Assembly: GCA_963851135.1 (NCBI GenBank)
Contig: CAWKOB010000001.1
Span: 65,940-129,939 of the forward strand
DNA from: an uncultured Acidobacteriota bacterium
GTDB lineage: Bacteria > Acidobacteriota > Terriglobia > Terriglobales > Acidobacteriaceae
DNA: 64,000 bases
Direction of reading: 5' to 3'
Shown: positions 9,849 to 19,907 of the stretch, one piece after another
How positions within the stretch are numbered: position 1 is the first letter of the stretch
Layout of the letters: every line of letters begins with the position of its first letter
Made by a program: the position numbers and the translations under genes
Notes under the pieces: generated by a model
Told to the model about the DNA's origin: nothing
Seen by the model: the letters and a program-made list of their open reading frames with translations, nothing else
Databases searched by the model: none

Positions 9849-10696
9849 TCCATTTTCTCAGTGAATGGTCGTTCCCGCCGGGTCCGTTCATCACCATTAC
9901 GCTCGGCGCCGTCCTCTATCTCCGCGGCTTCGTCCTCGCCCGCCGCACCCGCCCCGAACACCTACCCTCCTGGCGCGCGGCTTGCTTTTTCTCCGGTCTC
10001 GCGGCCCTCTGGCTAGCCCTCGCCAGCCCCATTGACGCTCTCGACGACTACCTCCTCGCCGTGCACATGATCCAGCACTTCATCCTCATGTCCGTGGCGC
10101 CGCCGCTCATCGTCCTCGGCTCGCCCACCGTGCCCATACTCCGCAGCCTGCCTCGCCCGCTCATCCGCGCCATCGTCGGCCCCATCCTCCGCAACCGCGC
10201 CTTCCACGCCGCGCTCCGCTTCCTCACCCACCCCATCGCCGCCTGGTTGCTCATGAACATCGCCTACCTCGGCTGGCACACCCCCGTCATGTTCGAGCTC
10301 ACCTTCCGCTCCGATAACATCCACGACTTCGAGCACTTCTGCTTCTTTTCCACGTCATTGCTTTTCTGGTGGATCGTCCTTGCTCCCTGGCCCTCCCGCC
10401 CGCGCTGGCCCCGCTGGACCGTCATCCCCTATCTGCTCTCCGCCGACGTGGTCAACACCATCCTCTCCGCCGTCCTCGTCTTCTCCACCCACGTCCTTTA
10501 TTCAAGTTATTCCGCCACCCCTCGCATCAGCTTTCTAACTCCGCTAAAAGATCAGGCCGCCGCCGGCGCAGAAATGTGGGTCCTCAATTCCATCGTCTTC
10601 CTAATCCCCGCCCTAGCCATCACCCTCCAGTTACTAACTCCCCGCGCCCTCCGCGGCTTCCCCGAACCGGCCACAAAAATGCGAGCCGCAAACTAA
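9845..10696 (+). CDS. ctaG: caa3-type oxidase assembly factor (Caa3_CtaG family)
   Basis: HMIQHFILMSVAPPLIVLGSP, WHTP, EHFCFF, DQAAAG motifs; ATGA overlap with qcrB. Confidence 0.88.
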   Translation: MIHFLSEWSFPPGPFITITLGAVLYLRGFVLARRTRPEHLPSWRAACFFSGLAALWLALASPIDALDDYLLAVHMIQHFILMSVAPPLIVLGSPTVPILRSLPRPLIRAIVGPILRNRAFHAALRFLTHPIAAWLLMNIAYLGWHTPVMFELTFRSDNIHDFEHFCFFSTSLLFWWIVLAPWPSRPRWPRWTVIPYLLSADVVNTILSAVLVFSTHVLYSSYSATPRISFLTPLKDQAAAGAEMWVLNSIVFLIPALAITLQLLTPRALRGFPEPATKMRAAN

Positions 10697-10723
10697 CAGC
10701 TAACAGCTAACAGCTAAAAGCTA
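10693..10723. repeat. Heptamer tandem array (CTAACAG)x3 + CTAAAAG
   Basis: Fills the gap between two convergent stop codons. Confidence 0.9.
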
Positions 10724-12154
10724 GCGGCTGGAAGCCGCTCTCTTCCCCCGCCAATACAGCCCCAGCCCAATCAGCACCGTCACCACCGTGCTGCCCACCA
10801 GCTTGGTCTCAAACACCACCGTGCTCCCCGCCTCGCCCGGCGGCACAAACGACAGCGCAATCCCCAGCAGCACCACCGCAAACCCCAGCCCGCCGCAAAT
10901 CCACACGCCCAGCTTTCCGCCCGGCACCAGCACCGCATGCTCGTTCTCTCTCCGATCCCGCCGCCCCGCCAGTTTGATCACCGCCGCAAACATATACAAA
11001 AACGGAATAAAGTACAAAATGATCGCCGCGTCCACCACCACCTGGTACGCCGCAATCGCCGACTCTGTCCTTATCTGGCTCAACAGCAAAATCGCCGCCG
11101 ACAATCCCGCCTGCACCAGGATCGAAATCCACGGCGTCTTCCACTTCGGATGAATCTTCCCGAACGCCGCCGGCAGATACCGGTCGATCCCCACCACAAA
11201 CGGCACCCGCGCAATCCCCGCCACAGTCGATCCCACACCGCCCGCGTTCCCCGCCGTCACCAGCACCGCCGCCAGCACTCCCAGCACGCCGATCTTCAGC
11301 GCCACGCTTCCCACCGTGATCGCATTAAACACCCCGCTCTGCGGATCGATATTTCCCGCCGGCACCAGCGCCAGGATCGCAAACGTCCCAGCAATATAGA
11401 TCAGCGCAATCAGCGCGCCCGCGCCGAACACCGCGCGCGGCAGCGTCCTCCGCGGATCGCGCACCTCCTCGCTCATCGCCGACACCAGCTCGAGGCCGGT
11501 AAACGCAAACGCAATCTGCGACCAGAAATTCACCGTGCCCCAATTCACCGTCGGCATCATATTGTGCAGAGTGAAATGCGTCGCCGATCCGTGCTTCCAA
11601 ACCACCACCGCGCCCACTCCCACCAGGATCATCAGCGGCACATAGGTCCCCACTCCGCCCGCATTCTGCAGCCACTTGCCAATGTTCAGGCCGATAATAT
11701 TCAGCCCCACCGCCACCGCCAGCAGTCCCAGCGAACACCAGATCAAATACGTCCGGTTCTCCGCCAGCAACACTCCGCGCCCGCCCAGCACATACGCCGA
11801 CATTGACGCCGAAGCCAGCAGCAGTCCCGGAAAATAGAAGACGGTGTAGATCCAATACGTCCAACCGGCCACAAACCCGTGAAACGGCCCGAACGCCTCT
11901 TTGGCCCAAACGTACAGCCCGCCCTCTTCGGGAAACCGCGACGACAGCTCGTTGATCACGAACGCTCCGGGTACAAAAAAGAACAGCGCCGCCAGCACCC
12001 ACAAACTGATCGACGACGTCCCGTTATGTCCCGCCGCCGCAATCCACCGCGGCCCCAGCACCGTGGCAATGTTGAACAGCAGCACATCCCAGAACCCCAT
12101 CGTCTTGCGCAACTGCGCCCGCGGTCCCGGCGTGTTGGGTGCGGAAATCGTCAT
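10721..12154 (-). CDS. APC-family amino acid/polyamine permease
   Basis: About 12 TM helices; EEGGLYVWAKEAFG, FAFTGLE, EEVRDPRRTLPRA. Confidence 0.9.
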   Translation of the reverse strand: MTISAPNTPGPRAQLRKTMGFWDVLLFNIATVLGPRWIAAAGHNGTSSISLWVLAALFFFVPGAFVINELSSRFPEEGGLYVWAKEAFGPFHGFVAGWTYWIYTVFYFPGLLLASASMSAYVLGGRGVLLAENRTYLIWCSLGLLAVAVGLNIIGLNIGKWLQNAGGVGTYVPLMILVGVGAVVVWKHGSATHFTLHNMMPTVNWGTVNFWSQIAFAFTGLELVSAMSEEVRDPRRTLPRAVFGAGALIALIYIAGTFAILALVPAGNIDPQSGVFNAITVGSVALKIGVLGVLAAVLVTAGNAGGVGSTVAGIARVPFVVGIDRYLPAAFGKIHPKWKTPWISILVQAGLSAAILLLSQIRTESAIAAYQVVVDAAIILYFIPFLYMFAAVIKLAGRRDRRENEHAVLVPGGKLGVWICGGLGFAVVLLGIALSFVPPGEAGSTVVFETKLVGSTVVTVLIGLGLYWRGKRAASSR

Positions 12155-12199
12155 CGAGTCACCACTTTTGATTGCTCAGGGAATCATAACGGGCAGCGC

Positions 12200-12263
12200 C
12201 TTTGCCGTGACCTTTGCTTTTGCATTTCTTTCTGTCATTCCCCGCCGCGGCGGGGAATCTGCT
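12200..12263 (+). repeat. REP-like palindrome, family 2
   Basis: tttgcatttctttctgtcattccccgccgcggcggggaatctgct. Confidence 0.8.
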
Positions 12264-12540
12264 GTCATCGCCCGAGCCACAAAACTCCCCCACAAGTGCG
12301 ACACCCTCCGCTGTTGTTCAATCTCCAATCTTTTGTTACCATCAAGAAACTGCATGGCCGGTTTTACCCATCTCCGCTCTTGTTGTCGCCTGTCGAACAT
12401 CTTCGACGGGTGTCCCCGCTAGTCTTCCGATCTCCTCTGACATTCTGATCTGAACTTGCACACCCGCCGCTGGCTGCCATGCCGGCCGTCCGTGTTGCAT
12501 CCCGGCATCACCAGCCCCACTCCTCACCTGAGAGGTCCCC

Positions 12541-13515
12541 ATGCCGGTTGCCGAATCCACTCTGTCCTCGCCTTCATCCCAGGTCCACGCCGCGGACTCC
12601 TCGCGCCCCGCGGACACTCCGCGCCTCAGCCACCTCCGCCTGCTTGAAGCCGAAAGCATTCACATCCTCCGCGAAGTGGCCGCGGAATTCGAACGCCCGG
12701 TAATGCTCTACTCCATCGGCAAAGATTCTTCCGTCATGCTGCGCCTCGCTCAGAAGGCCTTTTATCCGGGGCCGATTCCGTTTCCGCTGCTTCATATCGA
12801 TACCGGATTCAAATTCCGCGAGATGCTCGCCTTCCGCGATGAAATGGCGCGCTCCATCGGCGCGGAGCTGCTGGTTTGGCGCAATGAGCCGGCCATCGCC
12901 GCCGGAACCAACCCCATCGCGCTCGACACCAAACGCTGCTGCGGCCTGCTCAAAACCCAGGCGCTCCTGGACGGTCTCCGTCACTACGGCTTTGACGCAG
13001 CCTTCGGAGGCGCGCGCCGCGATGAAGAAAAATCGCGCGCCAAGGAACGCATCTACTCCTTCCGCGATCAGAACGGCCAATGGGACCCCAAGAACCAGCG
13101 CCCCGAGTTGTGGAACATCTACAACGCGCGCATTCATCCCGGCGAAAGCATCCGCGTCTTCCCCCTCTCCAACTGGACTGAGATGGACGTTTGGCAATAC
13201 ATTCACGTCGAAAACATCCCCGTCGTCGATCTCTATTTCGCCAAAGAACGGCCGATGTACGTGCGCGGCGACGCGCTATTGCCTATCGAACAGGAATTCG
13301 TGGCGCGTCTCGGCGAGAAACCCCAGATGGTCCGCTCGCGCCTGCGCTCGCTCGGTTGCAGCCCCTGCACCGGCGCCATCCGCTCCGAAGCCACCACCAT
13401 TCCCGCTATCATCGCCGAGCTCATCTCCTTCCGCTCTTCGGAGCGCGCCAACCGCGTCATCGATCACGATCAGGAAGGTTCCATGGAAATCAAAAAGCGG
13501 GAGGGCTACTTCTGA
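12541..13515 (+). CDS. cysD: Sulfate adenylyltransferase subunit 2
   Basis: [47 protein letters not shown]. Confidence 0.97.
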   Translation: MPVAESTLSSPSSQVHAADSSRPADTPRLSHLRLLEAESIHILREVAAEFERPVMLYSIGKDSSVMLRLAQKAFYPGPIPFPLLHIDTGFKFREMLAFRDEMARSIGAELLVWRNEPAIAAGTNPIALDTKRCCGLLKTQALLDGLRHYGFDAAFGGARRDEEKSRAKERIYSFRDQNGQWDPKNQRPELWNIYNARIHPGESIRVFPLSNWTEMDVWQYIHVENIPVVDLYFAKERPMYVRGDALLPIEQEFVARLGEKPQMVRSRLRSLGCSPCTGAIRSEATTIPAIIAELISFRSSERANRVIDHDQEGSMEIKKREGYF

Positions 13516-13517
13516 TC

Positions 13518-15242
13518 ATGTCCGCCGTCACACTTACACCATTTTCAATCGACGATTTTCTGCGCCAGGAAAATGAGAAAGACCTGCTGCGCTTTTCCAC
13601 CGCCGGCAGCGTGGACGATGGCAAATCCACGCTCATCGGCCGCCTGCTTTACGACACCCAATCGGTCTACGAAGACCAGATCCGCTCCATTGAGGGGAAG
13701 GGAACCACTGCGCCCGGCCAGATCGATTTTGCCCTGCTCACTGACGGCTTGCGCGCTGAGCGAGAGCAGGGCATCACCATCGATGTCGCCTATCGCTACT
13801 TCTCCACCGCGCGCCGGAAATTCATCATCGCCGATACGCCCGGCCACGAGCAGTACACGCGCAACATGGCCACCGGAGCGTCCACCGCGGATGCGGCCGT
13901 TGTGCTCATCGATGCCACTCGTGGCGTGCTCCCGCAGTCGTGCCGCCATGCCTGCATCGCGGCGCTGCTGCGCGTGCGCCACATCGTAGTGGCTGTCAAC
14001 AAAATGGATCTGGCCGGCTACAGCGAAGAGGTCTTTCGCGCCATCGAGCGCGACTTCGGCGCCACGCTCACGCAGATCGCCGCGGAAACCGGCACAACCT
14101 TTGAAACCGCGCTTTTCATCCCCGTCAGCGCTCTCGCCGGCGATAACGTGGTGCACGCTTCGCAGGCCATGCCCTGGTATCAAGGGCCGTCGCTGCTCGC
14201 CGCCCTGGAGGCTCTCCCCGCAGGCACTCAGCAACTGGGCCAGCCCTTTCGTTTCCCCGTGCAGCGCGTGGTGCGGCCCGATAGCGAATTCCGCGGGTTC
14301 GCCGGGCAGATTGCTTCCGGCGTCATTCGCCCCGGCGATTCCATCGTCGTTCTGCCTTCCCGCATGCAGGCCACGGTGCGGCGCATCGTTACCTGGGATG
14401 GCGATCTCGATCAGGCCGCCGCCCCGCTCTCCGTCACCCTGGTTCTCGATCGCGAACTCGACATCAGCCGTGGCGATTTGATCGCCGCTGCCGATGCGCC
14501 CGCGGCCATGGCGCAAAAAATTCAGGCATCGCTGGTGTGGATGGATGCCGAACCCCTCGACCGCGCCCGCCGCTACCAGATCAAACACGCCAGCCACACC
14601 GTTTCCGCCTTCGTCAGCGATGTCGACCACAGAATAAACATCGAGACCCTCGCGCATGAGCCGGCGGAGACGCTGGAGATGAACCACATCGGCTCCGTGC
14701 GGATCAACCTCTCGCGTCCCGTCGCCTTTGATCCCTATGCCGCGAACTACGCCACCGGCGCTCTGATCCTCGTCGATCCAGCGACCAACCGCACCGTAGC
14801 CGCGGGAATGATCGCCTCCGGCGAAGATGCCGTGTATGAGGTCTTCTCCGGCGACAGCAACTTAGGCCCGGTGACGGCGAGTGAGCGCCAGGCGCGATGG
14901 GGACATGCCGGAGGAACGCTCGAGCTTACCGGATCGCAGGCGCTAATCGACCAGGTGGAGCGCTCGCTGTTTTCCATTGGAGTCGTAACCATCCGCATCG
15001 ATGCCGACGCAGATGAGTTCCTGCTCCATCCCAACCTGCTCCAATCCGTCCTCGATCTGCACGCGCGCGCTGGCGTTCTGTCGCTGCTCGCGCGCACCAA
15101 TGAGGAGGTGAGCTTCAAGGCGCGCGCCGGAAGCCAGCAAACCTCCATCGACTCAGCCGAATCGCCTCCAGTCATCGCCGCTGTGCACCGGCTGCTGCGC
15201 GAGGCCGGCATTTTGATTCCACCGGAAAGGGCAAACATCTGA
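13518..15242 (+). CDS. cysN: Sulfate adenylyltransferase subunit 1 (GTPase) with degenerate APS-kinase-like tail
   Basis: GSVDDGKSTLIGRLL, EREQGITIDVAYRYF, DTPGHEQYTRNMATG, NKMD. Confidence 0.95.
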   Translation: MSAVTLTPFSIDDFLRQENEKDLLRFSTAGSVDDGKSTLIGRLLYDTQSVYEDQIRSIEGKGTTAPGQIDFALLTDGLRAEREQGITIDVAYRYFSTARRKFIIADTPGHEQYTRNMATGASTADAAVVLIDATRGVLPQSCRHACIAALLRVRHIVVAVNKMDLAGYSEEVFRAIERDFGATLTQIAAETGTTFETALFIPVSALAGDNVVHASQAMPWYQGPSLLAALEALPAGTQQLGQPFRFPVQRVVRPDSEFRGFAGQIASGVIRPGDSIVVLPSRMQATVRRIVTWDGDLDQAAAPLSVTLVLDRELDISRGDLIAAADAPAAMAQKIQASLVWMDAEPLDRARRYQIKHASHTVSAFVSDVDHRINIETLAHEPAETLEMNHIGSVRINLSRPVAFDPYAANYATGALILVDPATNRTVAAGMIASGEDAVYEVFSGDSNLGPVTASERQARWGHAGGTLELTGSQALIDQVERSLFSIGVVTIRIDADADEFLLHPNLLQSVLDLHARAGVLSLLARTNEEVSFKARAGSQQTSIDSAESPPVIAAVHRLLREAGILIPPERANI

Positions 15243-15931
15243 TGAGTACTACGCAGTTCTTATCCGATCTCGATCGAAAGCTGTCCCGCGTCCGCGATCT
15301 TCTTGCCGCCAACGTCTCCGCGTTCGGCGATGTGTGCCTCACTTGCAGCTTTCAGGCCGAAGACGTGCTGCTCACGAAGCTCGCGCTCGAATTCGTTCCG
15401 CGCATTCCGATTCTGTTTCTCGATACCGGCTACCACTTTGCCGAAACCATCGAGTACCGCGACCAGATCGCGCGCGAGTGGAACCTCAACCTCGTCAATT
15501 TGCTTCCGGAGAAGACCGTGACCGAACAGGAAAGCGAGTTCGGCATTCTTTATCAATCCGCGCCCGACCAGTGCTGCAAGATGCGCAAGGTCGAGCCCTT
15601 GTTCAAAGCTCTCGCCGGCTATCGCGTCTGGCTCACCGGCTTGCGCCGCGAGCAGGCAAAGAGCCGCGCCGCACTGCAGGAATCAGCGGCGTTCACGCTT
15701 CCGGGCGGCACGCAGATCCTCAAGCTGGCGCCGCTGGCACACTGGACCACCCGCGACGTCTGGTACGCCTGCGAGCAGCTCGCCATTCCACTGCTGCCGC
15801 TCTACCAGCGCGGCTACACCTCCATCGGCTGCGAGCCGTGCACGTTGTTGCCTCTCGATCCCGGCGATCCGCGCTCGGGCCGTTGGGCCGGCCGCAAGGT
15901 CGAGTGCGGCATTCACATTGAGGCGAAGTAA
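15242..15931 (+). CDS. cysH: APS/PAPS reductase (4Fe-4S APS-reductase type)
   Basis: DTGYHFAET, CC pair (DQCCKMRKV), SIGCEPCT, RSGRW, ECGIH. Confidence 0.93.
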   Translation: MSTTQFLSDLDRKLSRVRDLLAANVSAFGDVCLTCSFQAEDVLLTKLALEFVPRIPILFLDTGYHFAETIEYRDQIAREWNLNLVNLLPEKTVTEQESEFGILYQSAPDQCCKMRKVEPLFKALAGYRVWLTGLRREQAKSRAALQESAAFTLPGGTQILKLAPLAHWTTRDVWYACEQLAIPLLPLYQRGYTSIGCEPCTLLPLDPGDPRSGRWAGRKVECGIHIEAK

Positions 15932-15943
15932 CCCGGAGAGTGC

Positions 15944-16711
15944 ATGGCTTATCTCATCGGCTTCCTCATCGCGCTGTTTATCGCGCTCACCGGCATTGGC
16001 GCCGGAACCCTCACCGTGCCGGTGCTGGTGCTTTTCCTCGGCGTGCCCGCGGCGGACGCCGTCGCCATCGGGCTCATGTTTTCCTCCGTCGTGAAGGCGA
16101 TTCTTCTTCCCGTGCAAATCGCCCGCCGGACCGTCGCCTGGCGCACCCTGGCATGGATGGCCTTGGGCGGCGCGCCCGGCGTGCTCATCGGTTCGCTCTT
16201 TCTCCGCCATCTGGTCACCGCCGGAGCGCAAAACCGCCTCAACGCCATCCTCGGCGCCATTCTGGTGGCCACCGCCACATGGCAGATCGTGTTCTCGTTC
16301 CGATCGCTGCGCCCGGGTGGGGACCGCAGGGACCGCAGCAAATGGTTGCCGTGGCTCATGCTTCCGGTCGGCGCGGAGGTGGGCTTCTCCTCGGCGGGCG
16401 CGGGCGCGCTGGGCAGCGCCGCGCTGCTCAGCCTCACCCCGCTTGAGCCCGCCCAGGTGGTGGGGACTGACATCGCCTTCGGCTTCCTGCTTTCGCTTCT
16501 CGGCGCCGGCGCCCATTGGGTTTCGTTTGCCCAGGGTCCCGCGCTTCTGCTGCGGCTCATCGCCGGCGGCGTTCTCGGGGCCGCGGCGGGAACCCAGCTC
16601 AGCGCGCGGGTTCCGCGGCGGCCGTTGCGTTTCGCGCTATGGGTTTGCCTGCTGATTCTCGGCGGGAGGTTCCTGCTGGGCAGCTTCCAGGTGTGGGCGG
16701 CAACCCGATGA
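15944..16711 (+). CDS. TauE/SafE (TSUP) family sulfur-compound transporter
   Basis: GIGAGTLTVP and SSAGAGALG repeats, VVGTD, about 8 TM helices, last gene of the cys operon. Confidence 0.85.
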   Translation: MAYLIGFLIALFIALTGIGAGTLTVPVLVLFLGVPAADAVAIGLMFSSVVKAILLPVQIARRTVAWRTLAWMALGGAPGVLIGSLFLRHLVTAGAQNRLNAILGAILVATATWQIVFSFRSLRPGGDRRDRSKWLPWLMLPVGAEVGFSSAGAGALGSAALLSLTPLEPAQVVGTDIAFGFLLSLLGAGAHWVSFAQGPALLLRLIAGGVLGAAAGTQLSARVPRRPLRFALWVCLLILGGRFLLGSFQVWAATR

Positions 16712-18067
<1,356 letters not shown>

Positions 18068-18072
18068 AAGCG

Positions 18073-18120
18073 GGGACCAAGGGACCGAGGGACTAAGGGA
18101 CCAAGGGACCGAGGGAGCAA
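18073..18120. repeat. Octamer tandem array (GGGACYRA-like)x6
   Basis: gggaccaa gggaccga gggactaa gggaccaa gggaccga gggagcaa. Confidence 0.9.
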
Positions 18121-18291
18121 AGGAGTCAGCATCGAGAGAGTTGATGCCTGCCACGTAACTGATTCAACAGTAGTTGTGCAAATTAAGAAACAGACCGGTT
18201 GGTATGTTATGGCGATCGACGGCTGACGCCTGTTTTTATAGGGTTTCCTCTGGTTTGCTGCCAGAATTCAGGGTCCAAGTAGGGATTGTAC

Positions 18292-18319
18292 TTAACATAC
18301 AGACCGGTCGGTTTGTTAA
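18292..18319. promoter_or_regulatory. 28-bp near-perfect palindrome resembling a TetR-type operator; related site at 18189-18208
   Basis: ttaacatacagaccggtcggtttgttaa; second copy aacagaccggttggtatgtt. Confidence 0.5.
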
Positions 18320-18370
18320 TTCGGGATGACACTTTTCTAGTGGGGCTGGGGATCCCATCGCGGGCGGTGT

Positions 18371-18466
18371 GCGGGCGGCCGCGTTCCCAGGTCTCCAAAA
18401 CCGGGGGACCGGGGGCACCGGAACGTTTGTGGTGCAATCGGCAGCCCGAGATCGGGGCCACCCGCC
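18371..18466 (+). repeat. Array repeat unit A1 (96 bp; CCCAGGTCTC...GGGGCACC hairpin; ends GGCCACCCGCC)
   Basis: 6 mismatches in 96 bp versus 19686-19781 by manual alignment. Confidence 0.92.
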
Positions 18467-18753
18467 GTCGTCTCGCCGCGAAGCAGGCGGCGGGGGATGA
18501 CTCAGATATCGACTTCTCCGATATTCCGCCGTTGACGGACGAGCAGCTTGCGCACGTGGTGCGGCTGAGGGATGTGCGGCGGAAGGTGCCGGTGAGCGTG
18601 CGCCTGGACCCGCGGGTGCTGGAGTGGCTGAGATCGAAGGGCGAGGGGCACCTGACGCGGATAAACGATATTCTGCTGAACCTGATGCAGGCGGAACGGC
18701 GCGCGGGGACGGGGCGGCAAGTAAAGGCGGGTTGTGGGCTTGCCCGCTCCTAG
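18466..18753 (+). pseudogene. brnA: BrnA-family antitoxin, 5'-truncated, no brnT partner in the window
   Basis: DIDFSDIPPL...KVPVSVRLDPRVLEWLRSKGEGHLTRINDIL; homologous region starts directly at the repeat end with no start codon. Confidence 0.75.
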
Positions 18754-18852
18754 GTCTCCAAAACCGGGGGCCCCTTCTGCAAGCTCAAGGCAGGCTCTGG
18801 GGACCCGAACTTTTTTGGCCCGCTCAGCAGGCTGAGAAGTGGGCCACCCGCC
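18745..18852 (+). repeat. Array repeat unit A2 (diverged, with a 26-bp internal insertion)
   Basis: cctaggtctccaaaaccggggg[ccccttctgcaagctcaaggcaggct]ctggggacccg...gggccacccgcc. Confidence 0.8.
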
Positions 18853-18855
18853 GCC

Positions 18856-19650
18856 CGGCTCCCATAGGGAGCCGACGAGAATAGCCCCGGGTGAAACCCG
18901 GGGAAGAGTGAACAAGAGCTCCGCCGTCCTGTGGGGACGGCATGAAGGCGACGTGCCGGCGCGTGCCGCGTGTACGGGCGGGATTGAGCTATTCTCAATG
19001 GTCGCGGTTGGAGGCTTTCTATGTCGCACACCTATTGTTCGTCCTTGTTCCATTGCGTTTTCTCAACTAAGGACCGGGGCAAGGCGATTGCGCCGGAGTT
19101 GCAGGAGCGGCTTTGGGCGTACATGGGCGGGATTGCGCGGGAGAACGGAATAAAGGCTCTAGCGGTGGGAGGGGCAGAGGATCACGCCCATCTTCTGCTG
19201 TCTCTGCAGTCGACCATGACCATTGCGGGAGCGATGCAGAAGATCAAGGGCGGATCGTCGTTGTGGTTGCACGAGAGTTGCGGATTGACGGGGTTCGAGT
19301 GGCAGAAGGGATACGGGGCGTTCACCATCGGCATTTCGCAGGTGGATGCGACGGTGGCGTATATCGCCGGCCAGACAGAGCACCATCGGAAGCGGGATTT
19401 TCAGGCGGAGTTTTTGGCCATATTGAAGCAGCACGGGATGAAATACGATCCGCGGTATGTTTGGGGGTGAGCGGGAGACCGGGGTATGCGATTTCCCCAC
19501 GGCGCATGGGGGATTGGGGTTCGTTGTTTCCGGGTTTTGGAATCGAGGCAGGGGTGAATCACGCCGTCCCTACAGGACGGCGGGGTTGGTTGTGCACGCT
19601 TACCCCGGGTTTCACCCGGGGCTATTTTCATTCGCTCCCTCCGGGAGGGG
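18856..19650 (+). mobile_element. IS200-like/REPtron-like element: tnpA between long inverted arms (18856-18945, 19559-19650)
   Basis: Left aatagccccgggtgaaacccgggg...ccgccgtcctgtggggacggcatga is the reverse complement of right tcacgccgtccctacaggacggcgg...ccccgggtttcacccggggctatt. Confidence 0.85.
19021..19470 (+). CDS. tnpA: IS200/IS605-family Y1 HUH transposase
   Basis: HCVFSTKDR, DHAHLL (HUH), KGGSS, WQKGYGAFT, YIAGQ catalytic Tyr; GGAGG RBS. Confidence 0.93.
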   Translation: MSHTYCSSLFHCVFSTKDRGKAIAPELQERLWAYMGGIARENGIKALAVGGAEDHAHLLLSLQSTMTIAGAMQKIKGGSSLWLHESCGLTGFEWQKGYGAFTIGISQVDATVAYIAGQTEHHRKRDFQAEFLAILKQHGMKYDPRYVWG

Positions 19651-19685
19651 GCGATATGCGAGGGCGGTGCAGGAGCGGGGTGAGG

Positions 19686-19781
19686 GCGGGCGGCCGCGTT
19701 CCCAGGTCTCCAAAACCGGGGGACCCGGGGCACCCGACCTTTTGCGGGGCAATCGGCAGCCCGAGATCGGGGCCACCCGCC
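19686..19781 (+). repeat. Array repeat unit A3
   Basis: Near-identical direct copy of 18371-18466. Confidence 0.92.
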
Positions 19782-19786
19782 TATGG

Positions 19787-19871
19787 CGCACCCGCTCTTT
19801 TGTGGCGCAATCGGCAGCGCGAGGTGTAGGCCACCCGCCATCCGGCGGCCTTCAAGACCTGGGCCGCCGCC
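19787..19871 (+). repeat. Partial array units A4 and A5
   Basis: gcacccgctcttttgtggcgcaatcggcagcgcgaggtgtaggccacccgcc, then gacctgggccgccgcc. Confidence 0.7.
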
Positions 19872-19907
19872 TAGGTCTGGGGATACAATCCTCTAATCGG
19901 CCAACCC

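Noticed and set aside
18286-18465. Upstream part of the 155-aa ORF as a real BrnA N-terminus
   Set aside because: It is translated palindrome and repeat sequence with no RBS or family similarity.
18371-19871. CRISPR array interpretation of the repeat units
   Set aside because: Repeats are ~96 bp, the intervening segments range from a few bp to ~830 bp, and there are no cas genes in the window.
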